Source: Candidatus Kerfeldbacteria bacterium
GTDB lineage: Bacteria > Patescibacteriota > Patescibacteriia > UBA9570 > XYC2-FULL-38-9
Length of the DNA: 64,000 bases
Reading direction: 5' to 3'
Assembly: GCA_043813585.1 (NCBI GenBank)
Contig: JBDRKW010000020.1
Coordinates: 65,185-129,184, forward strand
Position 1 is the stretch's first letter. The number at the start of each line of letters is the position of its first letter. A program made the position numbers and the translations under genes. Positions 1-8,553 of this stretch are shown here, piece after piece. The notes under the pieces are model-generated. The model was not told where the DNA came from, did no database searches, and was given only the letters and a program-made list of their open reading frames with translations.

Positions 1-31
1 TCTGCTGCCATGATTTTTTCTTTTTTGACAT

Positions 32-553
32 ATGCTTTCTCGATCCAATAAGGATTTAATACGTTATGATGAGTCTGTGGTGGATATCTTCCGGCCGTCA
101 CTGGTTTATTACCAGTGGCCGCTCGTGGTGTTCTCGCTTGTTATTATCGGTTCCTTTTTCCTGATATACCCGCTGCTGTCATTTGGCATTTGGGGCTGGC
201 TGATTTTCTGCGCCAGCTTCGCTTTAGGCTGCGCAGGCATTGCCCGAACCATTTTTATCTGGAAACGCACCGTCGTGCTGCTCACCAATCAGCGTTTAAT
301 CGATTTTGAGCGCAAGTCGTTGTTTTCACAGCATGTTGCTGAGTGCCCGCTGGATAGAATACAGGATATCCGATACAATAAAAAGGGCATCGTTGCCGCC
401 TTTTTTAATGTCGGCACTGTTGTTGTGGACACCGGAAGCGGCGCAGGCCATATTGAGATTGTCCATGTGAAGAATCCGGAAGCTGTGAAAGAGCGAATAA
501 CAAGCGTGCAAAAACACAATATCAAAAAGGACGATGAAGTACAAGAAATCTGA
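32..553 (+). CDS. membrane protein with bacterial PH (bPH_2 / YdbS-YdbT-like) domain
   Basis: Two N-terminal TM helices followed by a 'LLTNQRLIDFERKSLFS...VVDTGSG' region typical of the bPH_2 fold. ATG at 32. Confidence 0.5.
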   Translation: MLSRSNKDLIRYDESVVDIFRPSLVYYQWPLVVFSLVIIGSFFLIYPLLSFGIWGWLIFCASFALGCAGIARTIFIWKRTVVLLTNQRLIDFERKSLFSQHVAECPLDRIQDIRYNKKGIVAAFFNVGTVVVDTGSGAGHIEIVHVKNPEAVKERITSVQKHNIKKDDEVQEI

Positions 554-998
554 CAGGCGAATACAGCGCGATGAGAACCATCAGTATGTTCGCATTTGGA
601 AGTCCAAAGGATTTGTACTGACGTTATTGGTGCTGTTTGTGCTGTTGGCCGTTTCAGTCACCAAAGAGGCGATCCGGAAGATCGAAATGAACTACGAGAT
701 CGAAAAAATGGAGTCAGAGGTCGCCCGATTGCAGCATCGGAACATAGAGATGGATGACATTCTTGCATTATTGAACACCGATACCATGCAGGAAAAAGAG
801 GCGCGCGTGAAACTGGGGCTGCAGTCGGAAGGGGAGCGCGTAGTCATGTTGCCGGGCCGCCGCACGGAAAAGGAGATCATACTTCCCGATTCGGATAAAA
901 TACGCTATATTCCTATTAATGATTACCAGTCAAACCCTGAAAAATGGTTCTATTTTTTCTGGGATAAGATTGATAAGCCAGTAATTAACAACACCTAA
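534..998 (+). CDS. septum formation initiator family protein (FtsB/DivIC-like)
   Basis: Single TM, then a coiled-coil, then an '[21 protein letters not shown]' motif characteristic of FtsB/DivIC. Overlaps the upstream gene's stop. Confidence 0.55.
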   Translation: MKYKKSDRRIQRDENHQYVRIWKSKGFVLTLLVLFVLLAVSVTKEAIRKIEMNYEIEKMESEVARLQHRNIEMDDILALLNTDTMQEKEARVKLGLQSEGERVVMLPGRRTEKEIILPDSDKIRYIPINDYQSNPEKWFYFFWDKIDKPVINNT

Positions 999-1002
999 GC
1001 AT

Positions 1003-2028
1003 ATGGAGAACCAAATGAAAAACGAAGAAGGGCAAACAAAACCAACGCCAGCCGTTAAGCCGGCAATGAGGCAGGAACCTGCGCCAGCCGCAGAAAAAGG
1101 AGTAACGCAAAAAGCGAAAAAAATGATGATCACAGGCCTAATTATTGCGGGCGTGTTCGTCGTACTAATCCTCGGCTTTGGAAGCTATTGGATGGTATAC
1201 GAATCATCGGGTGAGAACGCGGTGAAGAGCGGCATTAAGAGCGTTGTGCCATTTCCAGTCGCGATCGTGAATGGAAACTGGATCAGCCTGAAGGATTTTG
1301 AAAACGGCGTTGATTCAACAAATTTCTTCTTTGATAAGCAGGATGCAACAGAACTCGGGCTTGCAGAACGCCCGTCAATGGAAGAGATCCGTCAGAACCA
1401 GTACGACCGCATGATCAGCCTCACTCTGCTTGAACAGCTCGCAAAGGAACGGGACGTGAATGTGACAGATGAAAATATAGAGGAATATTTTACCTCGCAG
1501 ATTTTACCGCAGGCAGAAGGCGGCATGGATGAGATTACCCAAACGTTAAGCGATCTGTACAACTGGACTGTGGACGAATTCAAACAGAATGTGCTGTATG
1601 AAGTCGTTCTCGCGCAAAAAGTTGAGGAGTCAATTGCACAAGACGAAGAGCTTTCCAAGGAAGCCAGCGACAGCGCGTGGGATCTTTATAATGAAATAAA
1701 AAATTCAGACAAGCCGTTTTCTGAATTCGCACAGGAAAACAGCGATGACAGTGCATCTGCTGTAGACGGCGGCATGCTCGGTTTCTTTGCAAAAGGCCAG
1801 ATGGTGCAGGAGTTTGAAGACGCCGCATTCACGATGGAAGTCGGCGATGTATCAGAGCCGGTAAAGACACAGTTCGGATACCACATCATCAAAGTCACGG
1901 ATAAGGATGAAGAAGCGGGAACAATTGAAGCGCGCCACATTCTCATTGCAACAAAATCCATGAACGACATCATTCAGGAGCGGAAAGACGAAGCATCGAT
2001 CAAGGATCTGCGTCCAAAATACGAATAG
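1003..2028 (+). CDS. parvulin-type peptidyl-prolyl cis-trans isomerase (PrsA/SurA-like), membrane anchored
   Basis: N-terminal TM. C-terminal PpiC/rotamase motif '[22 protein letters not shown]...[16 protein letters not shown]'. Confidence 0.7.
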   Translation: MENQMKNEEGQTKPTPAVKPAMRQEPAPAAEKGVTQKAKKMMITGLIIAGVFVVLILGFGSYWMVYESSGENAVKSGIKSVVPFPVAIVNGNWISLKDFENGVDSTNFFFDKQDATELGLAERPSMEEIRQNQYDRMISLTLLEQLAKERDVNVTDENIEEYFTSQILPQAEGGMDEITQTLSDLYNWTVDEFKQNVLYEVVLAQKVEESIAQDEELSKEASDSAWDLYNEIKNSDKPFSEFAQENSDDSASAVDGGMLGFFAKGQMVQEFEDAAFTMEVGDVSEPVKTQFGYHIIKVTDKDEEAGTIEARHILIATKSMNDIIQERKDEASIKDLRPKYE

Positions 2029-2040
2029 AAACTGCGCGGG

Positions 2041-2113
2041 AGCCGACGCCGAGATTCGAACTCGGGACCTACGCGTTACGAATGCGTTGCTCTACCAGCT
2101 GAGCTACGTCGGC
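2041..2113 (-). tRNA. tRNA-Thr (anticodon CGT)
   Basis: Reverse complement folds as a 73-nt cloverleaf. Acceptor GCCGACG/CGTCGGC, D-arm GCTCAGCTGGTAGAGC, anticodon loop TTCGTAA, T-arm CCGAG-TTCGAAT-CTCGG, discriminator U. CCA is not encoded. There is one A-C mismatch at the base of the anticodon stem. Confidence 0.8.
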
Positions 2114-2142
2114 ATTGAGGTACTTGAAAAAGATCAGTGCAT

Positions 2143-2171
2143 AGTATACGGTATCAGAAATTAACCGTCAA
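2143..2171 (-). promoter_or_regulatory. sigma70-like promoter for tRNA-Thr (TTGACG-17-TATACT)
   Basis: On the minus strand, TTGACG, a 17-nt spacer and TATACT end about 23 nt upstream of tRNA position 1. Confidence 0.5.
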
Positions 2172-2174
2172 TGT

Positions 2175-3479
2175 ATGGCAGAACAAGCTAAACAACTGAG
2201 CGAAAACGGGCTATTGCGGAAGCGGATTAATGAGATGGAAGCGGTCAACCGGATCAGCCAGACAATGAATTCTTCACTGAACGTGAAGGAGACGCTTGAG
2301 TCGGTTATGGAAGCGGTGATTGAATTGGGCAACGCGGATCGGGCGCTGATGTATTTGCTAAATGAAGCTGAAACGCATTTTATCCCAACCGTCTCCCGCG
2401 GAGATACAAACGATATAGATTTGAATTTTGAAGTGGCCGCGGAGTCGTCGCTGTTTCGATATGTGCTGCGTGACCGCGTTCCGATTGTTGTTGACGATAT
2501 TGAGATGGATTCTCGCGTTAACCGGTCGCATGCAGACCACCTTGGGACGACATCGTTTATTATTGTTCCGATGATATCCAAAGAGCGCGTGATAGGCATC
2601 ATAGGGGTCGATAATGCGGAAACGGGGCGCTCAGTGCGCGACATTGATGTTTCGCTGCTCGTAACGCTTGCAAACCATGCCGCAATCGCACTTACAAACA
2701 GCCGGCTGCATGAACAGACGCAGCGCTTCAATGAACAGCTTCAGGTGAAGGTAAAGGAAGCCACCGACCATCTTGAACGCCTATTGGAGATGAAATCTCA
2801 TTTCCTCACTGTGGCATCACACCAGCTGCGGACTCCGACGACAGTCATCAAAGGATTGCTATCCATGATTTCGGAAGATCCCGATATGCCTCAGGAAGAA
2901 AAAGACCGGATGATCGAACAGGCGTATGCCAGCGTAAACCGCCTGGAGCGCATTCTTTCGGAGTTATTGACGGCGACAGAGTTCGATGACAAAGCAGTCA
3001 TAATCAAGATAGAGCAGATTGATCCGCGTGAGCTGGTAGAGGATCTAATGAAAGAGCTCTCGCCGCTTGCAAAGAGGCGAAACATTCAGCTGAGCATCTC
3101 CTTGCCGAAGGAAACGATCGCGCCTATTCAATCTGACCGTTTCAAATTATATGAAGCTATTGCAAATCTGGTTGACAACGCAATACGGTACACAGAAGAA
3201 GGTTCGGTGACGCTAACGCTGGAAGACGCGCTGACGCATGTCGTGATGCGTATAGAAGATACAGGTATCGGTTTGGAACCGGATGAACATGAAGTCATCT
3301 TTGATAAATTCCACCGAAGCCATGCAGCCATGGAAATCAAGGCAAGCGGTACCGGCCTCGGGTTGTTTATCACAAAAAATATTGTCGATATGCTGAAAGG
3401 GGAAATCATCGTCCATTCGGAAGGCAGGGGAAAGGGATCGACATTTATTATCAAAATTCCGAGAGACTTGTCTAACTAA
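2175..3479 (+). CDS. cytoplasmic sensor histidine kinase with GAF domain (HisKA + HATPase_c)
   Basis: GAF-like N-half. H-box 'SHFLTVASHQLRTPTT'. N, G1 and G2 boxes 'VDNAIRYT...DTGIGL...GTGLGL'. No TM segment. Confidence 0.8.
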   Translation: MAEQAKQLSENGLLRKRINEMEAVNRISQTMNSSLNVKETLESVMEAVIELGNADRALMYLLNEAETHFIPTVSRGDTNDIDLNFEVAAESSLFRYVLRDRVPIVVDDIEMDSRVNRSHADHLGTTSFIIVPMISKERVIGIIGVDNAETGRSVRDIDVSLLVTLANHAAIALTNSRLHEQTQRFNEQLQVKVKEATDHLERLLEMKSHFLTVASHQLRTPTTVIKGLLSMISEDPDMPQEEKDRMIEQAYASVNRLERILSELLTATEFDDKAVIIKIEQIDPRELVEDLMKELSPLAKRRNIQLSISLPKETIAPIQSDRFKLYEAIANLVDNAIRYTEEGSVTLTLEDALTHVVMRIEDTGIGLEPDEHEVIFDKFHRSHAAMEIKASGTGLGLFITKNIVDMLKGEIIVHSEGRGKGSTFIIKIPRDLSN

Positions 3480-3528
3480 GGCATTGACAGGAGGGCAGCG
3501 ATATTGTATTCTGTTGGCGAGTGCAAAT

Positions 3529-4344
3529 ATGAATTCGAGATTAAAACAAAACGTCTCCGTAATGCATCATACAACCATTTCAACACGGCTGTTCATTGCC
3601 GTTTTTATTTTTTCCGCGTTCATCCTCGGCAGCGCGCAGGCGGCGTTTGCGGCAGGAAAGGCTGATACCCCGTCTCATATCCCGGCAGTACGCATACGCA
3701 TGGATAAACCGACCATTCAGAAAGGCTTTACCATTGAAAGCGAAGGCCAGAAATTCCGGATTGGCGTAACGGACCACGCGGTTGGCGAGCGTGACGAGGC
3801 GTTTGTCCGGCTGAAGCCCGTCTTTGACAAAGACGTGACGCTGAAAGGCGAAACGCTGTTGAGTAAGCTGTATTCTTTTGATATTTACAATAAGGAAACT
3901 ATTCCGGTCTATAAGCCGATTTGGATGTCCATCAAGTGGGAGAAAGAATCAAGCAGCGGCATGGTGGTGAAGTACTGGGATTCAAACGCTGCAGCATGGA
4001 TTGAGCTCCCAAGCTCAATAAACGAGCAGGAACAATGGATGCAGGCGGCTATTCATCTGCCGTATGCAATTGTAGGCGTATTTGAAAAAGAAGAAGTATA
4101 TGTTGAAGGCAAAGCAAGTTGGTATGACTGGCACGGTGCAGCGATGAATGGCGTGCCGATGGGTACGGTGGTTAAAGTAATCAACAAGGCAAATGGCAAA
4201 TCAGCAATAACCACAATCGTTTCAACCGGACCGTTTGTGCCCGGACGCGTCATTGACCTGACACGAGGGACGTTTTCCGAAATCGCCGACCTTGCAACAG
4301 GAGTGATAGATGTTATAGTTATCATAAAGGAGAACACAGAATGA
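3529..4344 (+). CDS. secreted RlpA-like double-psi beta-barrel (DPBB) protein
   Basis: Signal peptide 'LFIAVFIFSAFILGSAQAAFA'. C-terminal 'KASWYDWHGAAMNGVPMGTVVKVINKANGKSAITTIVSTGPF..RVIDLTRGTFSEIA' matches the RlpA/expansin-like DPBB. The ORF-track start (3484) is TTG; ATG 3529 is preferred. Stop overlaps the ftsE start. Confidence 0.65.
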   Translation: MNSRLKQNVSVMHHTTISTRLFIAVFIFSAFILGSAQAAFAAGKADTPSHIPAVRIRMDKPTIQKGFTIESEGQKFRIGVTDHAVGERDEAFVRLKPVFDKDVTLKGETLLSKLYSFDIYNKETIPVYKPIWMSIKWEKESSSGMVVKYWDSNAAAWIELPSSINEQEQWMQAAIHLPYAIVGVFEKEEVYVEGKASWYDWHGAAMNGVPMGTVVKVINKANGKSAITTIVSTGPFVPGRVIDLTRGTFSEIADLATGVIDVIVIIKENTE

Positions 4345-5021
4345 TAGTTTTTGAAAATGTTTCCAAGGAATATAAGGACGGCACCGTAGCGGCTGCTGAT
4401 CTTGATTTTGTTATCGAACCGGGTGAGTTTGTGTCAATCGTGGGGCAGTCAGGCGCAGGCAAGACCACAATCGCCAAATTGATCATTGCGGAAGAAACGC
4501 CGAGCGAAGGAAGGATCGTGATCGGCGGGTGGGATATTTCCAATATTAAACAATCTCAAATTCCCGTGCTGCGTCGCCAGATCGGCGTGGTATTCCAGGA
4601 TTTTAAGTTGCTTCCCAGAAAGACTGTTGAAGAAAATGTCGCATTTGCCCTGGAAACGTGTGCGGCGCGCCGCCGAAAGATTAAAAAGATCGTGCCACAG
4701 GTTTTGAAGATTGTCGGGCTTGAAGATAAACTGGACCGTTTCCCGGACCAGCTTTCCGGCGGGGAGCAGCAGCGCGTCGTGATCGCGCGTTCACTGGTTC
4801 ATCGGCCGAAAATTCTTCTGGCTGACGAACCGACAGGCAACCTCGATTCCATAACGGCGCGTGAAATAATCGATTTGCTGCTCAAGATCAACAAGCTAGG
4901 CACAACGGTTGTTCTCGTCACGCATAACCCGGAAATCGTCAACCGCATCCGCAAGCGCGTCATCACAATCGACAGCGGCGCGGTATCATCCATGCAAAAG
5001 AAAGGTAAATACACACTCTAA
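4341..5021 (+). CDS. ftsE: cell division ATP-binding protein FtsE
   Basis: Walker A 'GQSGAGKTT', ABC signature 'LSGGEQQRV', Walker B 'ILLADEPTGNLD'. Immediately upstream of ftsX. Confidence 0.9.
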   Translation: MIVFENVSKEYKDGTVAAADLDFVIEPGEFVSIVGQSGAGKTTIAKLIIAEETPSEGRIVIGGWDISNIKQSQIPVLRRQIGVVFQDFKLLPRKTVEENVAFALETCAARRRKIKKIVPQVLKIVGLEDKLDRFPDQLSGGEQQRVVIARSLVHRPKILLADEPTGNLDSITAREIIDLLLKINKLGTTVVLVTHNPEIVNRIRKRVITIDSGAVSSMQKKGKYTL

Positions 5022-5935
5022 TGATCCTAGGCGCGGCACGCACCACGAAATTCGCTGTACAAAATTTCTGGAGGAACCTGTGGCTCTCCGTTATTACGGT
5101 TTTTTTGTTAGTGCTTACAACGTTCAGTATTACGCTTGTGGTCAGCATGAATGTGATTACCTCGCAGATGATTAATGCGGTAGAAAGCAAGGTTGACGTT
5201 GACCTCTATTTTGCAGAATACGTCCAGGAGAAGGATATTCTTGCCACTCAGTCGTTCTTAAATGGAATGGATGAGGTCTCCAAGGTCGTGTATGTGTCAA
5301 AAGAAGATGCGCTCGAAGACTTCCGGGAACGCCATGCGGACGAGCCTGCCATTCTGGCATCGCTTGATGAACTGGATGAGAACGTTCTTCCTGCAAGCCT
5401 GATCGTGCACGCAACCGAAATAGACGACTATCCGAAAATAATCGACAATGTTGAGACTTCAAAGTACCAGGAGTTTATCGACCAAACTGACTTCAACGAT
5501 AACGAGGAAATTATCGGAAAGATCAGCGACATCACGAGCCGTGCGTACCAAATAGGCCTGATCGTCAGTATGGTGTTTATTGTCATCTCGGTTATCGTGA
5601 TCTTCAACACCATACGCATCACGATTTACAGCCATCGGGAAGAGATTGGCATCATGAAGCTCGTGGGCGCGACGAACTGGTTTATCCGCGCGCCGTTTAT
5701 TATGGAAGGAATCCTGCTTGGCTTGATCGCTGCGGTGGTCACACTTGCGCTGTTCTATGTTGCGCTTTTTGTTTCTGACCCTTCCGTTTCCGCGTTCTTT
5801 GCCGGGTATGACTTCTCCGTGTTCCAGTATTTCAAGTTCCACGCGCTCCAGCTGGTATTGGCGGAGGTTGTGGGCGCGATTCTGCTCTCCGTGGTGTCGA
5901 GCATGGTGGCAATCACGCGGTATCTGCGCGTCTAG
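5021..5935 (+). CDS. ftsX: cell division permease FtsX
   Basis: FtsX-like topology: TM1, a large extracytoplasmic loop, three C-terminal TMs, and the conserved 'EIGIMKLVGAT' motif. TAATG overlap with ftsE. Confidence 0.8.
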   Translation: MILGAARTTKFAVQNFWRNLWLSVITVFLLVLTTFSITLVVSMNVITSQMINAVESKVDVDLYFAEYVQEKDILATQSFLNGMDEVSKVVYVSKEDALEDFRERHADEPAILASLDELDENVLPASLIVHATEIDDYPKIIDNVETSKYQEFIDQTDFNDNEEIIGKISDITSRAYQIGLIVSMVFIVISVIVIFNTIRITIYSHREEIGIMKLVGATNWFIRAPFIMEGILLGLIAAVVTLALFYVALFVSDPSVSAFFAGYDFSVFQYFKFHALQLVLAEVVGAILLSVVSSMVAITRYLRV

Positions 5936-5964
5936 TTGACAGCCGCCGTTGGGGCGGATATTCT
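5936..5964 (+). promoter_or_regulatory. putative promoter for tRNA-Gln (TTGACA-17-TATTCT)
   Basis: Perfect -35 hexamer directly after the ftsX stop. A weak -10 lies about 40 nt upstream of the tRNA. Confidence 0.3.
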
Positions 5965-6004
5965 TATTCAAGTGCGCTGCTACTAAGCGCATTTTAAGAA
6001 CCAT

Positions 6005-6076
6005 TGGGGAGTCGCCAAGCGGTAAGGCACCAGGTTTTGGTCCTGGTTATCGGGGGTTCGAATCCCTCCTCCCCAG
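6005..6076 (+). tRNA. tRNA-Gln (anticodon TTG)
   Basis: 72-nt cloverleaf. Acceptor UGGGGAG/CUCCCCA (the U1:A72 pair typical of bacterial tRNA-Gln), anticodon arm CCAGG-TTTTGGT-CCTGG, T-loop TTCGAAT, discriminator G. CCA is not encoded. Confidence 0.85.
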
Positions 6077-6084
6077 CAGAAAAC

Positions 6085-6120
6085 GTGTCGTGGTCCCGGA
6101 AGGGGCCGCGGCACTTTTTA
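6085..6120 (+). terminator. rho-independent terminator after tRNA-Gln
   Basis: 13-bp stem GUGUCGUGGUCCC/GGGGCCGCGGCAC (3 G-U pairs), GGAA tetraloop, then TTTTT. Confidence 0.7.
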
Positions 6121-6244
6121 ATTGGAACGGAGGAAGGATGAGAACGGGCAGAAGCGAGCGAGGAGCGAACGCGACGATGAGAGCGCCGACAAGGTGCCGG
6201 CGGCACGTTGTCGCTGCCCAGGACAAGGAGCGGAGCGACGCGGA

Positions 6245-6262
6245 AATCCCTCCTCCCCAGCA
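6245..6262 (+). repeat. direct repeat of the 3' end of tRNA-Gln (att-like core AATCCCTCCTCCCCAGCA)
   Basis: An 18/18 identical copy of tRNA-Gln positions 6061-6078 lies 165 bp downstream of the tRNA. Confidence 0.7.
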
Positions 6263-6267
6263 ATAGC

Positions 6268-6298
6268 ATGAGGCGTTGATACTGGCGCCTCATTTTGC
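6268..6298 (+). terminator. hairpin + T-run immediately after the att-like repeat
   Basis: ATGAGGCG-ttgatactgg-CGCCTCAT followed by TTTT. Confidence 0.5.
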
Positions 6299-6304
6299 TA
6301 TACT
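6299..6304 (+). promoter_or_regulatory. TATACT -10 element upstream of the 6331 gene
   Basis: gcTATACTg lies 26 nt before the ATG. The same hexamer recurs at four other gene or tRNA 5' regions in the window. Confidence 0.35.
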
Positions 6305-6330
6305 GAGAGCATTATAACTAACAAGAAAAT

Positions 6331-8463
6331 ATGAAAACAGGCTCATACATCATCCTTGCGGTGATCGGAGTCATCGCGGTTGCCGGAGGTATTTACCTAT
6401 TCCTGCAGTGGGCTCAACTGGAAGAACAGCTGCAGCAGCAAATCGGCACGACCACGTTCGAATCAAATTTTAATTTCAAACGGTTTGCCGACGAAAATGA
6501 CTTCAGCAATTATCTGACGCTTGTTGAGGAAACGGTCGGGGACACCTCCGGCTACGGTGCGGGATTCGGCAGCACGCGGACTATGGCTCTTGAAGACGGT
6601 GCCATGGAAGTTAATGCTATTGATGAATCTGCAAAGGGCGCTCCGCAAGTGGACCGCGTTTCGGAGACCAACGTGCAGGTGCAGGACATTGACGAACCGG
6701 ATATTGTCAAAACAAACGGCGAAGAGATTTTCCTCTCACTAGAACAGTGGTACTACCCGTGGTATGGCGTGGATGACGTACGGTTTGAGGAGATTCCCGT
6801 AACTTCAACGTCCAGTGTTGATGAGGATTCTTCAAGTGAAGAACCGGGTGCGGCTGATGATTCGGGCGATTCAAGCGAAGGCAGCGCCGGAGCGGCAACA
6901 GGCGATGAGGATGCTCCGGAAGATGCAAAAATCGCAGCACCTGATTTCTATGAGCCGCAAAATAATGTATCGGTCGTGAAGGCGTTACCGCCGGAAGCAA
7001 TGGAAAAACTTTCCACCATCGACACGACCGGCGACCTCCTACTGTCCGGCGATGTGCTTGTCGCCATCGGGTATGAAGGAATCAAGGGGTTTGACATATC
7101 CGACCCGGCGCAGCCCACAGAAAAATGGTCATATGATTTTGAAAACGATTCGTACTATGACACCGCACGGCTGTATGGCAATACGATTTATCTTGTGCTG
7201 CAAACCCCATTGGACTACGGATCGCCATGTCCGGTAAGGCCGTTGTCAGACGGCGAGATGTACACCGTGGCATGCGCTGATATCTATTATCCCGGCGCTC
7301 CGGTACGGACAGAGCTCACCAGCACTATCCTGAGCATTGACGCTCCAAGCGGGTTCATCAACGACAGCGTCACCTTTACCGGTTCGTATGACCAGTCCGT
7401 GATCTACATGTCCAAAGACAACCTGTACGCCACCTACGCATATACTGCGCCGACCTATGTGATGATGTACGGCTTCTTTACGACGGATGGCGCAGACCTG
7501 TTCCCGGCAGCGACGATTGACCGGTTGAAGGCCGTGAACGGATATGATATTTCAGTGGAAGCGAAGATGGTGGAACTCGAGCAAACGTTGACAAAGTACA
7601 TGGAAACGCTTTCGGACGATGACGCGCTGACATTCGAGACCAACATCGAAGACCGTCTTGATAAATTCTACGATAACCACCTGCGCGAATTCGAACGCAC
7701 GGACATCACGAAGATCGGCACGGACAGTTTCGAAGTCGCCGCAACCGGCAGCGTACCCGGCCATCCGTTGAACCAGTTCTCGCTGGATGAATACAACAAC
7801 CACTTGCGCATTGCGACCACGATCGGCGAATCGTTCTGGTTCGGGATTACAGCAAATACTTTAAACGACCTATATGTGCTCGATAGCAACCTGAAGCAGA
7901 CCGGTTCGGTCATGGATCTGGGCGAAGGCGAGCGCATCTACTCAACACGCTTTATCGGCGATGTCGGCTACATGGTCACATTCCGAGAGACCGACCCGTT
8001 CTACGTGTTTGACCTGTCAAACCCGAACGCGCCGAAAAAGACGGGTGAATTGAAGATTCCGGGGTATTCAGCATATCTGCACCCAATTTCCGAAGACCGC
8101 GTTCTCGGCATCGGCAGGGAAGACCAGCAGGTCAAAGTTTCGCTGTTTGACGTAAGTGATCCCTCAAACCCAACAGAAAAAGACAAGTACCAGCTGAACG
8201 AATACTGGTCCGATATCCTGGACACGCATCATGCATTCCTGCTTGATGAGAAGTACAGCGTCTTCTTCCTGCCTGGAAGCAACGGAGGATACGTGCTCTC
8301 CTATGAAAACGACAAGCTGGAGCTGAAAAAAGCGGTGAGCGATATTCAGGCAAAACGCGCGCTGTATATCAACGATTACCTGTATATCCTGGGCAGCGAC
8401 AAGATTGTCGTGCTTTCGGAAAAAGACTGGGAGCGGGCCGGCCAGCTGAAACTGTTCGAATAA
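6331..8463 (+). CDS. membrane-anchored extracytoplasmic protein, putative beta-propeller domain protein
   Basis: N-terminal TM/signal anchor. The motif 'VDRVSETNVQVQDIDEPDIVKTNGEEIF' resembles the Beta_propel (PF09826-like) family as I recall it. An acidic low-complexity linker follows. No enzymatic motifs recognised. Confidence 0.35.
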   Translation: MKTGSYIILAVIGVIAVAGGIYLFLQWAQLEEQLQQQIGTTTFESNFNFKRFADENDFSNYLTLVEETVGDTSGYGAGFGSTRTMALEDGAMEVNAIDESAKGAPQVDRVSETNVQVQDIDEPDIVKTNGEEIFLSLEQWYYPWYGVDDVRFEEIPVTSTSSVDEDSSSEEPGAADDSGDSSEGSAGAATGDEDAPEDAKIAAPDFYEPQNNVSVVKALPPEAMEKLSTIDTTGDLLLSGDVLVAIGYEGIKGFDISDPAQPTEKWSYDFENDSYYDTARLYGNTIYLVLQTPLDYGSPCPVRPLSDGEMYTVACADIYYPGAPVRTELTSTILSIDAPSGFINDSVTFTGSYDQSVIYMSKDNLYATYAYTAPTYVMMYGFFTTDGADLFPAATIDRLKAVNGYDISVEAKMVELEQTLTKYMETLSDDDALTFETNIEDRLDKFYDNHLREFERTDITKIGTDSFEVAATGSVPGHPLNQFSLDEYNNHLRIATTIGESFWFGITANTLNDLYVLDSNLKQTGSVMDLGEGERIYSTRFIGDVGYMVTFRETDPFYVFDLSNPNAPKKTGELKIPGYSAYLHPISEDRVLGIGREDQQVKVSLFDVSDPSNPTEKDKYQLNEYWSDILDTHHAFLLDEKYSVFFLPGSNGGYVLSYENDKLELKKAVSDIQAKRALYINDYLYILGSDKIVVLSEKDWERAGQLKLFE

Positions 8464-8478
8464 GGTATTCCCCAAAAA

Positions 8479-8505
8479 GGGCCGCAACACAGCGGTCCTT
8501 TTTTC
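8479..8505 (+). terminator. rho-independent terminator (GGGCCGC-aacaca-GCGGTCC-TTTTTT)
   Basis: GC-rich 7-bp stem plus T6, directly after the 6331..8463 stop. Confidence 0.7.
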
Positions 8506-8521
8506 ATATGCAAAAAAACGG

Positions 8522-8527
8522 TATACT
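8522..8527 (+). promoter_or_regulatory. TATACT -10 element upstream of beta-helix gene 1
   Basis: cggTATACTa lies 26 nt before ATG 8554. The whole terminator/-10/5'UTR unit is duplicated upstream of the paralog at 11016. Confidence 0.4.
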
Positions 8528-8553
8528 AAAGACGTTAAAGAGTAAAAAAAAAT

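Noticed and set aside
5949-6266. 105-aa + strand ORF spanning tRNA-Gln and the att-like repeat
   Set aside because: It reads straight through a well-folded tRNA gene and its terminator. It is an Arg-rich artefact of the local GC/purine bias. Only its last 41 codons (with an upstream GGAGG) are mentioned as a possible micro-ORF.
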